In this document: positions 23,765 through 37,707 of the stretch, piece after piece
How the letters are laid out: each line of letters begins with the position of its first letter
Numbering within the stretch: the stretch's first letter is position 1
Notes under the pieces: model-generated
What the model was told of the DNA's origin: nothing
The model's database searches: none
What the model saw: only the letters and a program-made list of their open reading frames with translations
Translations under genes and position numbers: made by a program
NCBI GenBank assembly: GCA_965644295.1
Contig: CBFFRP010000297.1
Location: forward strand, 1-64,000
Direction: 5' to 3'
Source of the DNA: Paraphysomonas bandaiensis
Lineage: Eukaryota; Protista; Chrysophyceae
Length of the DNA stretch: 64,000 nt

Positions 23765-23914
23765 ATTATGAGCGGTATTATCTTCTTAGTTATTAATGAC
23801 AATTATTGGGCTATCAATGGCCATTATAAATGCCGGGACATTTTTCACTAATGCCATTATTGTTACCGGGAACTGGACTACCATTGATGGACCATTAACG
23901 GTTACCAGGCCCTG
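23765..23914 (+). mobile_element. Right terminus of hAT-like TIR family
   Basis: Ends GGTTACCAGGCCCTG; colinear with 57135-57281; CCATTA-type subterminal repeats. Confidence 0.7.
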
Positions 23915-24151
23915 CAATATAATACATATATACAAGGGCGAAAATACTACGCGTATACATAGTTCGAATAGCATTGGAAAACGCAGATGCTTTTTATCAC
24001 AAAAACAATAATAGTACTGCGATTACATACTATATTGGATTACCCAGGTTTATATGTGTGCTAGACACTTCATTACTGATTTCCTTGTTTCGAAAATCTA
24101 CAGCATTTTTATAGAGAAGTTGAACACTGCCATAAAAACACCAAGTCTAAA

Positions 24152-25701
24152 CTAAGCAACCTTTCTCTGCCTGACATCTACACCAGGGTATCTATGAAGA
24201 ATTGGTCCCAGCATAAACTGTGTACATGCAAATATTGGGATAATCAGCAGTAGAAGAGCTATGTTCAGATAGTCTAGTCGTCCAGACCCATACACATCAA
24301 GCAGTACAAATGCAGGGTATTGTAGGAAGTTCACTGCACTCGATAAACAAGACATGGAGCCGTATAACCTTCCAGCATTCATTGGGCCGAACACTCTGGC
24401 GAAATAGGTCCCGAGAAGGCTGTACAGAAACGCACGATATGCACAGAAAAATAAGAATGTCACGACCTGGGCTTCGAGGCTCGGTACTAACACGAATACA
24501 CCATGAAGAATGCTTAGTACAAGCACCGAATGAAAAGCGCCGGTGAATCCGTGCGCCTTGAATATATAGTCGATAACAGGGATAAAAACAAATCCAAGGG
24601 GAAGGCATGCCACGAATATTTGAGTGTATAGGTATCCCTTGTTATCATCCCCAAGAGACTTCAGAACTTCCTTGACAATGCCAAAATAGGTATTAGTCTT
24701 CAGTATATTCATACTAGCATACAGCGTAATGAATATAAAGGGCGGGTGGCGGAGCAGTCTAGACCAGGGAGAAAAATAGAGAGATTCCAGATGACCACTC
24801 TCGGAGGGCATAATATCTGTACAGCCGGCAGTATTCTTTGCATCACTACTGGCAGCAGGAAATTTACTGTCCAGCTCTAAACCACCCTCTTCGTAATTAT
24901 TCACAGGAGATAGAACATTTTCAACGACAGACTCACAGATAGTTTCCACAGGCACTTCCATTTTCCCACTGTTCTTCAGTCGGTTCAACTCGGGCTCAAA
25001 ATACCGCCATAGTATCGAAAGAAAACCATACAACACAGCGGAAACTATAGCTAATGCCACAAATATGCTAGACCTCGAGAAGTGCATATGCTTGTACACC
25101 AGAAAGCACAACAGAAACAAGACCCCCGAAGTATCAAATAAGCAATTAACAGCAGTCATTACGAGAGAGATATACTCCTCCTCCACAACGAATGCTAATG
25201 GGAAAGAGTTCAACATTGTTAAACTTCCCCCAACTCCAATAAGTATTCCCGCTAATATAAAAAGGTTACCATCATCCTCATCAGCAATACCTACCACAAC
25301 AGGGGTGAGCATTAAACACTGCATTTGATATATACTTGATACCAAGAAAAAGCATCCCCATGCTCACAGATAGGCCAGACTATAAATAAAATTAGACCAA
25401 CTTAACTTTGAAACAATTAACTCACAGCAATCGTCGTTTTCATTGGACCAAAATAATCCGTCATAACACCAGAGAAAAAGGCACCAAACATGAATACTGA
25501 GCTACTCAAAGTGTAAAGGAAACTGAACTGTCTTCTCTGAGACTGACATGTACTATCTTCTTCATTGCATTGTGAACTATAGATACCTTCTTCTTCTAAC
25601 ATTAATTGAAGAGGGGCCCATCCGAATATAATTCCAGAGAACAGAGTAGTTGTTAACAGAGCAATGGATACTAATGCTATTTTAAGGTAAGACTTGTCCA
25701 T
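24152..25701 (-). CDS. MFS transporter, SLC43/LAT3-LAT4 (FMP42)-like, spliced
   Basis: LFSGIIFGWAPLQLMLEEEGIYSSQC..C, GVMTDYFGP, CLFDTS, FG..NAGRLYG; about 12 hydrophobic segments; intron near 25350-25425. Confidence 0.85.
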
Positions 25702-26129
25702 TTAAACAGCACTAAGTGAGAGTATTAAGAGAAATATCACTAGTATATACGTATACCCCAGATATTACATGACCACAAGCCTATCAGTGATAGCTCTAAT
25801 AGCTCGTTGTAAAGTACTGTAAGTAAGTTAGTCTCTTGGTCATAGCAATACCACCCACAATTACTTACTATCATCAATACCAACCAATGAAATGATCAAT
25901 ACTAGGATTCCTACAAGTTGATTTGCTCAAATAGTATAATCATGATTTCTGATTTTTAGGATTGAAAAAACACATATATATATCACATAAATTGTAGTTT
26001 TTGTCACTTCTGCAGATTATCTAGAATACACTGTCTACATACATAAGTAGCGATGAGGGAACAACTTACCATACTCTACTATCGTACATCTACGTACATG
26101 GTACAATACCTCTACTTGCTATACATATA

Positions 26130-26166
26130 TATGTGTATGTATGTGTATGTATGTGTATGTATGTAT
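26130..26166. repeat. (TGTA)n microsatellite
   Basis: Direct inspection; a (CATA)n tract also occurs at ~48722-48745. Confidence 0.8.
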
Positions 26167-26317
26167 AATTGTGTAGAGGTTACTGTACATACATACATAC
26201 TTGCAAATAAATTTTGTAAGCATCCATCAGACCATATCTAACCATACTCTATTATCCTCACAATTGAAATCATTCATTATCATATAATACACTCTCTTTG
26301 ATCTTATTCTTTTGATC

Positions 26318-29300
26318 ATGGTATTAACAGAGGAACAAAAGTTATGCTATAAACCATCCTTAACGGAGGGAAGACAGGAAGGTATGTGAGATCTGTATCA
26401 AAGAGATGAGGAATAAGGAATATTCATATGATAGATTTGGTTCTAATGACTGATATATCTGCCGAAGCGGTTGAATCCATATTAAATGCAAGATATGATC
26501 GTGATGATATGTATACCTCTATTGGGCCTGTGTTAATTGCTGTCAATCCTTACCGATTGATATTCAAAGGAGATCAACCTATATACGCGGAAGATGTTGC
26601 GAGGCATTATTACAAGTCATCTCCTCTAGAGGTTGCGCCCCATATATTTAGAATAGCTAGTGATGCCTTCAAGAGTATGCAAGAATACCATGAAAACCAA
26701 ACCATAATAGTTACTGGTGAATCTGGGGCAGGTATCGATGACTAGTGTTACATCATCATTTTATTATTAATGTTCTACAGGGAAAACCGAGGCTGCTAAA
26801 CAGCTAATGACATTCATGACTTTGGTTTGTTTGGATAATGAGGCCTCGTCATCAAACAGCAGTGCTCCTGCACGTCGACTAACAATTTCTGACGACGGAT
26901 CAGTGTCAACGCTCGATGGGCTCTCACTTGCGGAGAGGATTGAATCTCAGAATAAGATGTCCGCCAAGGACCGTGTAATGCGAGGTTTAGCTGACCTTGC
27001 TGAGAGAGAGACCGTGAACAGAAAGCTTCGTAGTCGCAATGTAAAAACGAGAAATAGCAAGAACGTATTGGCTGCACTGCGTCCAAATGCTGCAGATGTT
27101 GAGCTACTCCGTTCCAGTGCTGAGAATGAAATCGAGCTACGGGAGACTTTTGAAAGTATATGTGAGGAAGCGGATGGAGAGCAATATGTGACCATCCAAG
27201 ATATTGCCAGTATGAGTGAGATCTCCGAACTCATGGAGATGGGAACCATTACGGAGGAGTTTTTACTGGAGGTCGCACGCGGAGTTACAGGAGAGGAAAC
27301 AGCGGAGGAACCAGCGGGGCTACATCTAAATTTTCCACAGTTCAAGCAAGCACTGAAGCTCGTCGAGGTGGAGGTGCAATACATGGATGATACAAAGAAG
27401 ACTGAGCGCCGCCGAGCACAATCTATATTTGACTACCATCATGTGGCTATGGATTTGCTGGAGGATCCTGTGCCTACAATGGATGGTGAAGACGCGGTAA
27501 ATCCACTACAGCTCATGTCACTGAATGACATTCGTGCCCAACTTTTAGAAAGTAATCCTGTCTTGGAAGCTTTCGGGAACAGTCAGACTATACGTAATGA
27601 CAACTCTTCCAGGTTCGGGAAATATCTGGAACTACAGTTCAACGGCACCGGAAACCTTATTGGGGGTAAAGTATCAACTTACGTGCTGGAAAAAGCACGA
27701 CTGGTGCATCAGGGGGAAAAGGAAAGGAATTTTCATGTGCTCCATCTTTTTACCCATGGAAGTATGGAGCGTGACAGAGAACAGTACTTATTGGAGCCAC
27801 CAGAGGCGTACAACTATCTCCAATTCACTGACAAGAAGATAGATGGAGATGAAGAACGGTTTACACTCTCTACACTAAAAGACTCGTTAAGGAAAATTGG
27901 AATTGGAAACAAGATGCAGACCGACATATTCCAGGTTCTCTCCGGAATTCTCACACTCGGTAATATTACTTTTGAGGACCATGGATCAGATGCGGCAGCG
28001 ACCATTACCAACCCAGATGTGCTTGCGAGATGCTGCATGCTGCTTCACGTTGATCCAGGTCCTCTTGAGGCAGCGATAGTTGCGCATAAGTTGAGACAGG
28101 CAGAAAACGCTCCACAGTCTAGCCCTTCTGGAGATGATAATCGTTCCCGTCGAGTGACGGTAGCCATCCGCTACCACGACATGTGCGAAGCCGCTGTATG
28201 CAGAGACACTCTTGCCAAGGAAACCTACAACAGACTCTTCCTGTGGATCGTGAATGCGATCAACACTAATATTGAGTACCGGGGGCCAAATAAACGCACT
28301 ATAGGGATTTTAGACATATATGGGTTCGAGATATTCGAGGTTCGCTGACTGCCTTCTTATGACGATAGCGTTAACTGCTCTTACAGGATAATCACTTCGA
28401 GCAATTTTGTATCAATTGGGTGAATGAGAAACTTCAACAATTTTTCATAGAACAGACTCTTCGTGCCGAACAGTTGGAGTACGAGGCAGAGAAAGTGGAG
28501 TGGACATATATTGAGGTGTGTTCGTGAGACTGCACTGTATTATTTTCTTTAAATTGTTTTCTTCAGTACTTTGACAACAAGGTCGTCGTTGATGTTATCG
28601 AATCTAAACGTGGCATTCTATCCATTCTAGACGATCAGTTGTCGTTCAAGAACTGTAATGCAGAGACATTTACGAATGCTATACGCTCCACTCTAGGTGA
28701 TAACAGCCATGTAATATCTCCTGATGTTTACACCAGGAAGAATTCCGACAAGACCGCATTTAAATTCGGCATTCGACATTATGCTGGTGATGTATGCTAT
28801 AATGCTATGTATTTTATCGAGAAGAACACAGACGCCCTGTACGAAGATGTAATGAAAGTTATGCGATCCAGTAGGAGCCCCTTTATTGCCGAGTTGTTCG
28901 CAGACCGTAGGTCCGGTGAGGAGAAGTCAAAGCGACCTCCGACCATTGGCGTACAGTTCCGAAAGCATCTTGGTGACCTTGTTTCTACACTTCGCAACTG
29001 CAAGCCGCACTATGTGCGGTGCATCAAGCCGAACGATGAGAAGAGCCCAGAGTATCTTGATCGAGCGAGAGTTATTCATCAGATTCAGTATCTTGGCATT
29101 GTTGAGAACATCAAGGTCAGGAGGGCAGGGTACTGCCATCGATCAACATTTAAGGAATTCGTGTCGCGTTATCGAATGCTTAGCACGCATACTTGGCCTC
29201 GGTGGAACGCCAGCTCCAGTGATGAAGATTGTCGACACATTCTCAATAGTACATCCCCTATGTGTTTCAAGCACAGTCGTGCCCTTGAGACGCCCTCTTG

Positions 29301-30577
29301 GCAAGATAATGTCGACTATAAAATGGGTGTAACAAAGGTCTTTATAAAAGATCCCACCACGTTGTTTGTGTTGGAGAAAAACAGAGCTGTTGCTATGAAT
29401 GCAATAGTCAGGAGAGTACAGGCAGTAATACGTGGATTCGTTGCATGGAGTCGGTACGGTGTTATACGTAGAGGGCTCATTAAATGGCAGGCGAATGTCA
29501 GATGCTTCCTTGGCAAAAAGCATTATGCAAGGACTCGAGTGGACATAATACGTTTCCAGGCATTTGCCCGTCGCTTCGTGGAGAGGTGTCGTTACAGAAA
29601 GCTTTATGAGAGATTCAAGGGAGTACCCCCTCGTATATACGCACGGAAGATGCAAGCCGTTACGAGAGGGTTTCAGTTGCGTTGTAAATTGATCGAAAGT
29701 GAACCTGGCATGTACAAGAAGCTTAGGTGTTGTGTAGATAATATTCGCACGAGTGGACAAAGATTAGCTGCCTCTCTTGTGGTGGAGCGGGTTTATCGCG
29801 GCCATGTTGGGCGTACGCGCTTTGCAAGAAGAAAACTTGCTTGGCTTCGTGTAAGAGTAAGTTGTGCTGCGTTAATCGCCACATGTTTAATTCGTAAGTT
29901 TGTAGTTTTACATGAAACTGAAGGTCCGGAGAGTGATGGCAAAGAAAAAGTGGGACAAGGAATATCATGAGACAATTAACACTCTACGTAGTACGGGAGG
30001 GCTAACTTTAATAAAGTGTCGGCATAATGGTACTAGTGCCACGGAGAAGTCGTTCCGTTTAATGGAAAACAATTTGCTGCAGTGGAACACTGGGCTTTTC
30101 AGTAAAATGAAACTTGGTATCCAAATGAATCACACCACCGAGGTATGTGCACGTATATTATATTGTTCATCCGTATATAATAGAGGAGGGTAGATTTCGA
30201 AGGGAGGAATTACTTATAAGCGGGATGGCCGGCAATCTGTGGCGATAAATCTTAAGGAAAACCCATTTAAGAAGTTGGACCCTTCTGCGAATTCTTCAGC
30301 GATCCCAAGCGACCAGATGGAGGACCTAGCAATCACGATTGCGAACCCACCCTTGCACGAACTCATCATAGTGGCGGAGAGTAAAGAAGCCAGAGACAAA
30401 CTGTACAATGTTTTTACCCGCTTCTTGCTTGAGTTGGAACCGTCTACTATTTTGGAGGAGCCACACTCACCAGCATCTACTAGCGGCTCCCTCTCACCTA
30501 GAGGTGACTCTGGGAATGTACAAAACAACGAGGTTATTATGCCTCCTGTACCCTGTCCAGACAGTGGGGAATCCTAA
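26318..30577 (+). CDS. Unconventional myosin, class-I-like, with loop-1 insertion, ~5 IQ motifs and PH-like tail (multi-exon)
   Basis: P-loop GESGAG|KT split by an intron; [16 protein letters not shown]; DIYGFE; [14 protein letters not shown]; HYAG; CIKPND; class-I hallmarks [35 protein letters not shown]; IQ-like repeats; tail ending [15 protein letters not shown]. Confidence 0.93.
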
Positions 30578-31051
30578 ATCTTCATTCCTGTGCGTTTTGA
30601 TTTAGTATCGTAGCTATTGCTAACTCATGTGGTCTACATATCATACGGAAGGGTAGATAAGTGGTTAGAAATTTTCTTGTTTGGAGGTATTCAGTCCTAT
30701 ATATTGTTGACATGGAAACACGAACCTATAGTCGTTGCGGTATGCATTTAGCATACAACTGACGTTGTTTCTGCTGAACGGATTTGCAAATTATAAATTG
30801 GTTGTTGCGGTATTCATTACCAAACGCTAATCATAAGGCATTGTGTACTGGTGCTATTTTAACGCGATCTTAGATTCTTGATATTTAGTGCAGTCAATAT
30901 TAGTGCGAGGAAACTATATATATTGTAACCATGAGTTATATCAGAAAATTAAGATTTTAGCTAGTCATAATATTCAATGAGAGATGCTAATTTTATATAT
31001 AAAATAAATACTACAAAACTCGTAATATTAGGTAATAGGAAGGCATACGTA

Positions 31052-31130
31052 GTAGTAGTGAATGTCTAATTATTTAGCAATAGGCGTTGAGACCTTGCAT
31101 CAATTAGTGGCTAGAAGAATGCTAGTCATT
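31052..31130 (-). repeat. ~80-bp extreme 5'-truncated LINE-tail insertion with 12-bp TSD
   Basis: Reverse complement matches the last ~75 bp of 11357-11570 and ends in a CACTACTAC tail; flanked by AAGGCATACGTA at 31040-31051 and 31131-31142. Confidence 0.75.
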
Positions 31131-31450
31131 AAGGCATACGTAAAGTAAGTGTGGCATGTAAATTGAACAACTAATGCTTTGGTAGGGGTAGGGCATTACA
31201 ATATTAAACTGCACAAGAATTACATTATAGTATATATTATTTTGTGCTCCTTCTAGACGATATAATGCGAGTATACGAGATACATTCATATGTATAATCT
31301 ATATTACTCCTGATATATTATTACAGTACTATGTCCTAGTTGTACATCATATCTCATACTACAACTCGATTGGAACTCATTCAACATCTACACCCACGCA
31401 AGGCACTGGAGTGATATTATCAACCAATCTATATCAGTCCAATACCCAGC

Positions 31451-34400
31451 CTATTTCCTATACTTCCCTCCCCCATATCGGCCACTGCGATTGAATTGGG
31501 CCTTCTCTTCCTCAATTTCGTCATCAACCTAATATTGCAACAATAGTAGCGAAATAAGCCATTTAGAAACATATACATTTCCATCATTCCACACCTCATC
31601 CACCTCTTCCACAATCTCATCTTCATCACGATCAGATCCGACGTCATCGTCCTGCTTATCATCATCCAGAGGAACCCCGACAGCTCTGTGGACATCGTCC
31701 AATACCTCCGCGTCTATGTAGGGGTGCAGCAAAATCCGTCTCTCCTTCATATCCAACATGTATTGATAAGCACGCCTCATATCTCCTGTGTGATGAAAAT
31801 GCTCTACAAGCATCGCCAGACAATCGCCGACGCGAATAGCCATATCCAATTGAGGTTCCTCTAATATGTTTTCGCATATGGCGACCATTTCATCAGGGTC
31901 TTTTTTGGCGCATTTTCTCGCAGTAACGAATCTCTCGATCAAAGACCTACATATGGACAATGATGAATCAGCAAACAAAACAATAGTGTTACGATTCTTA
32001 CAGTCGTGATTCCAGAGTAGAAACCATTTCTTCAATATGCCTACCCTTCGCCTCCCGCAGATATTTCATTGACTCCTTGAGGGCCCTATAGGCCTTCTCA
32101 TAATCTCTGTACTCATCGATTTCTACCTAGAGAAATTTCTCAGTAACTCATCTGATAAAAGAAACAGCAAGTGCATTAATTCCTTACCTGTGCGCAACTG
32201 TCATAAAACCCAGCCAGCTGTTCATAAGCCTTCGCCTTGGAATAAAAGGTGATAATTGCCTTCATGATCTCGCCATCTCGCCAATCCATCTGCTGCAAGT
32301 AGTTCGCTGCAAGCTTGTATATCTCTGCATTGCGTGATATGCTTGCAAACTGAATTACGGCTTTCGTGTCGCCGCCTCGCAGAAGGCATTTTATAGCCCG
32401 GATTCTGTCACCAGCCTGCGTATACTTCTTGGAGGCAAGTGTAAATGATCCCTGCTTCTTCAGTGCTCTCCCTAAATTCGCCAAAATTTCCTTTCGTTCA
32501 TTAGAGTCGAAACCATCTGACGGTGGCGTTAAAAGCTGGGCCATTTCCTCTGTGATGTTGACTTTCTGCTGCATGCACATTTCTATAGCTTGGGGATATC
32601 TACGAGCCATTATGTACAGCTCAACAGCTTTTTCAAACTGGCGGTGCATTACAAGGAATTCTGCACATCTTGCCAATATCTGTGGAGAAGTGTCTGCTCC
32701 GAGATCTTGTGCAATGATATTCACCATATCGAATATCGCAGACCTCTGCTGTCGGGTCACACCTACTGCATCACCACTCTGACCAACTCGGAAGCATATA
32801 TCCAAAGCGTGGAGATAGTCCCCACCTTTGTGGTACAGCTGTACAGCCTTTTCAAGGTCACCCTTCTGCTCGAAGTGTGTGGCACAGTCTAGCATAAGCG
32901 AAGGAGTAGACTTGATAGCAAACGTCATCAGTTCAGTGTCCATTCCATACGCTTTAGCGAGGCGAATGGCATGATTGTAACAGCCTGAGGCCGCGTAGTA
33001 CGAAATAGCCTCCTGTAATTGTCCCTGAGACTCCAACTGCCTCGCAAAGTGATACGTAGCAGCATTATCCTTAGTATCCTGCACAATATCTGCAGCTTTC
33101 TGAAAGTCTCCCTATTAAAATCATATCAGCCAAAACATAATTTTTTAAACTACCTCTACCTGAAAGCAGAGAATGCGCACAAGACTGAGATAGTCGCCCG
33201 ACTTTAAATAGTATTTTCGTGCTTTGTCGTATCGTTCTTTGCTCTCGAGATAAGCCGCCCACCATTTTAATAACGCCGAATCGTTTGAGTGATGTACGTA
33301 GTCTTCAAGTTCTTCCACCTGACCGAGGGAGTAAAGCATGCGAGGAATCTCCGTCCGAAAGGTTTCTGACTGTTCAAAATGATATATGGCCTCAGGAACA
33401 TCACCAATACTCTCCAAAAACTTGGCATAATGATAGTGAGTAGTCTTCAGGTGTAGTCGGTCATGAGCTTTAGCTAAACTTATGGCCTTCTCCCACTGGC
33501 CAGCGGCTTGGTAGAGAGTATTAAGCAAGTCAAACCTGCCAGCCTCGCGGAAGAGACGTGCCGCATCGTCAAGGAGACCAAGTTGAATGGCTAGGATTCC
33601 CACGCTTACGTCTGGACTGTTTTCTTTCATCGACTCCCTCAGAGCTGCTGCCCCACGCGCGTGCCCCATGTTGCCTAAACACACCTCCGCGACATCCAGA
33701 CGCTTCGTCTTCACACACATTTGGGCCATGTTCTCCCATATAAATGGACTATCGATAGCTTTGACAGCACGATACGCCTCATCAAGTTTACCTAGCGTGA
33801 GGTTAAAACTAAACTCCAGCAGAGCGTATTTCGTGGCATCATCAATTTGATTTACACCGACAAAATCTCTCATGACTTTAGCGAGGATCTTGACAGTGTG
33901 TCGATTGCCAGTTGGGGTTCCGTCCCCGGCCGACATAGACGGCACTGCATTCCTGAAATAAATATTTGGAACTGCAATGCCCAGCAGGTCACCATGTGAT
34001 GAGTCACGAGGAAAAGAGTCCTGCAACAAAATCCCGTGCTCGGTGGACGCGAAGAGCAGCACAACCTCATGTAGGTTTTCTCCCTCGATAGTGGCTTTGG
34101 GTTTATCTGCCGCATCCGCCTTCGTTTCAGCTCCATCGGTTTGCGCCTTAGGGGAAGCCCCGCTTCCCCCAGGTGCTGAATTCGTGCCCGCAGATTGCAT
34201 TCGAACAGCTTCGACAACAATCAATCGATCATCGAAGTTATCCCAATTAGCTCGGGCAGGGTAGCGTGATTGATGAGTAAAGTCGTACACATTGACGGAT
34301 CCCTTAATCCTGTCGAATATGTGCAAGCGAGAATCAGGATGCTGGACCTTCAAGGAACCTTCCACATGACTTGTCATAATGGCCACACGACTTCCCGTGG

Positions 34401-36334
34401 CATTACCACGGATACTTCGGATGCTGAGCTTGGAAGACTTTACACTGCCAGTCGCTGGATCAGTGAATCTCCCCGCACTACCAAGCAGCTTTGGCATTGT
34501 CGGCTTATTGACATCAAAGACTTTGACATAGAAGTTTGCAGTTACAACGTATAAAAACTTTCCACATATGTGCAGATGTTCCGGCCTGCCCTCCGCCTCA
34601 CTAAATGTGATAGATCCTTTCTGCACTCCACCATAATTGGTAACTTTGACCATACTGTTCTCAGATATAAAGAGTGCGTCTTCAGATATGTGCTTAGAGT
34701 CTGCAATTACGATTGCGTTCGAGGTACAGGAAAAAGGCTCCAAAATAGTGGAACGATGGGACTGAAGATTGACAGTACAGACCAACGCATTTTTCCCATC
34801 CCATGTAACAAAACTTGAGTCAGCGACTGACATCCCTCTAACGAGTATACGTGTATTCTCTATCCACGCATCGTCCAGATCGAGGTGGACAGACACGTGC
34901 ATAGTAGACACCTGAACTACTGACAGACGCCCACACATGCCCTGCTGCATGACGGCCTCGGAGAGTATAATGGCGCCGCTATCAGTCACCGCCATGAGCG
35001 TGCCTTGGCCATGACTCCACAGGATGTTCCGCACTGGCGAATTCAAACTCGTTTTGTAGTGTAGCTACGAACAGAAATATTAACGAAATATCTGACTCTT
35101 ATTCTATTAATACCTCCCAGTCTCCTTGCGCGATACCGGACCCGCTGCCTTCTTTTGATGTCTTGAGAATACTATTATACTTCCATATTATTATCATGCC
35201 CATACGAGTACCCACAGCTAGGTAGCGGTCCATTGGACTGAATGCTACAACCATAACGCGGTCCGATCTGTCAACTGCATCCCCAACCATAGAGAGGGAA
35301 AGGTTGTAGCTCTCATCTGAGGAGAGATCCAGTAAGCGGACCATCTTTTCTCCAGTAGCGGCCGCAAGAAGTCCGGGGCCCGCCCACACACATGATCTTA
35401 TACCCCCATCAGCTACATCCTTGGAAACTCCGAGCTTCACCTGGCTAACTCTTGTAACGCGCCCGTCTTCTGCTACATGATACTGTGTGAGTAATAGGGA
35501 TCGCGTAATTATAACCAGCCGGGACTGCTCCTCGAAAAACAGCATCTTGTCAATCGAAGAGGAGAGGTGCTGCACCTCGGTGCAGTGCCCCAGATCGTCC
35601 GCATAAACTACACCACCTCGGTCTGTACCGAAAAAGAAAGCTGGAGAGTAGGTCTTTTTTAGATCTATCTTTCGTTGTGAATCAAGCTTTGGGGGAATAA
35701 CACAAAATACGGCGGCCGTGACATGGCTCCGCTTGCGATACTGTCGCGAGGGAGTAAGAGTGCCTCTATTGTCCACCACCCACACGTTAACTGTTCCGGA
35801 CTGAGCACAATAGTTAGTCAATGTATCAATTAATACACCAACGGTTCACCTTGTCTCCCGTTATTAATCTTTTCCCAGCGGGATTCCACTTGAGCACTGT
35901 GATGGCTGAGTTGTGCTGTGAGCTACCAGAGAAAGTTGATGTCGGCCTCGTTTTGCCATCGACATTCCAGCAGGACACCATACCTTTACAAAGATTAATT
36001 TCTTTTAACATTTGCCATTTCATATCTCACCATCAGACCAGCCGATAGCCAAGACACGCCCATTGGGCTGCCATTCCATCACACGAGCAGCAGCAGTATG
36101 GGTTATAACAGAATTAAGTATTAACCCCCCCTATATATGTCTCATTACATCACTACACCATATATAATATAGAATTACCTCATTATTCACAAATAATACT
36201 TGAAATTTTTCTTTATCATTATCATCTAGACGACTTGTAGCAAATGCTGCAATAGGATCACAAGTACTCCATACAACATTCTCAACTAGTGTATCTAAAT
36301 CAACTTTACAAGGATTATCTACAAAAACTGCCAT
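31451..36334 (-). CDS. IFT140: Intraflagellar transport protein 140 (multi-exon)
   Basis: N-terminal WD40 propellers; LLEFSFNLTLGKLDEAYRAVKAI..WENMAQMCVKTKRLDVAEVCLGNMGHARGA; TPR region ASKKYTQAG..AIKCLLRGGDT..AANYLQ; DEYRDYEKA. Confidence 0.97.
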
Positions 36335-37707
36335 GACTTCAGTTGTCAAAAATGACAGTAACGAATGTCAATGGCAAGTTATGGGGGTTTGAATGGATTG
36401 ATATGTAGATTATCTAACAACTATCTCGACTATATGAATGTATATGTAACACATCTCCTCATGTACATATACATACATATAGACATACAGGCACATACAC
36501 TATTGCCGTTTTCAAATTATTTTATTGGTCTGCTGCTGGTGATGATATATATATAACTGGTATAGATAGTATACACTACTCTGTATACGTATGTATTTGT
36601 CGTTGATATACAGCAACAGTCTCTATACGTATACGTGGTATACTGGTATAGCTGTGTATCCAACGTTATGATATCTGGATATGGATAGAGCAGCATGTAT
36701 AGAGATATATAGATATGGGTACAGAGCAGTCGATGATACTCACTGAACGATATCAAGTAGTGTAGTACTTCCACTGTAAGAGATCTCACTGCAAAGTACA
36801 TATATGTTGAACAATACTTTGTTCAATCATGTGCACGATATGGTTGCATATTAAAGGAAATGAGGAAAATATCTGTATGTGAATAACAATTTCGACAACT
36901 TTTCTTTAGCAATAGTATTTATAAAATGTGTATGAACTAACGGCGGATATTATGATTCTCTGTATTTCATAACAAATGCAGACACACTTTCCTGAACTGA
37001 CGGTGTATATTGAAGTAAATCTTGAATTTAGTGCTATGGTTATTCAACTCTTTTTAGCAGCTTCTGTCTTTCTGTGGTGAATTTTTGTTGAATTTCCACC
37101 ACCCGTTCATCATGATAATCAGTTTTGGTACACAAACAGAAGGCGTATGTACCGAATCAAAGACAGGGTCCGTCTCGTAGACTTTCCGCAAACGTGGTCA
37201 CTTGATATATCTATCTTCTCCTATCTTTTATGTATGCATTGCGGAGTATCTAGAGGATTTATTAAGGAAATTGAAATAAGGTTTTATTCATTTCGATACA
37301 AATGTATAGCAGTATATAGATTCTTCACACAATGTTCAGTAAACTTGATAATTACTTACTGTTCTTTATGCAGTATCTCTTTCATCTTTCAGAGATAACA
37401 ATATATGGTGTTGTACAACTTATTGTCATATATCTAATAACTTACACCACATCATATTTCTCTGTACCCTACCGACAACGACTACTACACTACAGCATAA
37501 AAATCCGACATAAAATTATCATTTCGTTAGTTTAGGTGAGTATATTTTTATACCTGACAGAACATCACTAAATTTAGTGATAGTTTCGTCATGAAACAAA
37601 GTTTTAAAATCCATAGTATAACAACAACAACAAGTGCTATCATGCTGTCCAGAAATATTGGTACAAACACAAAAATATATGATAGCAATACCACCACGAT
37701 TTCTTCA

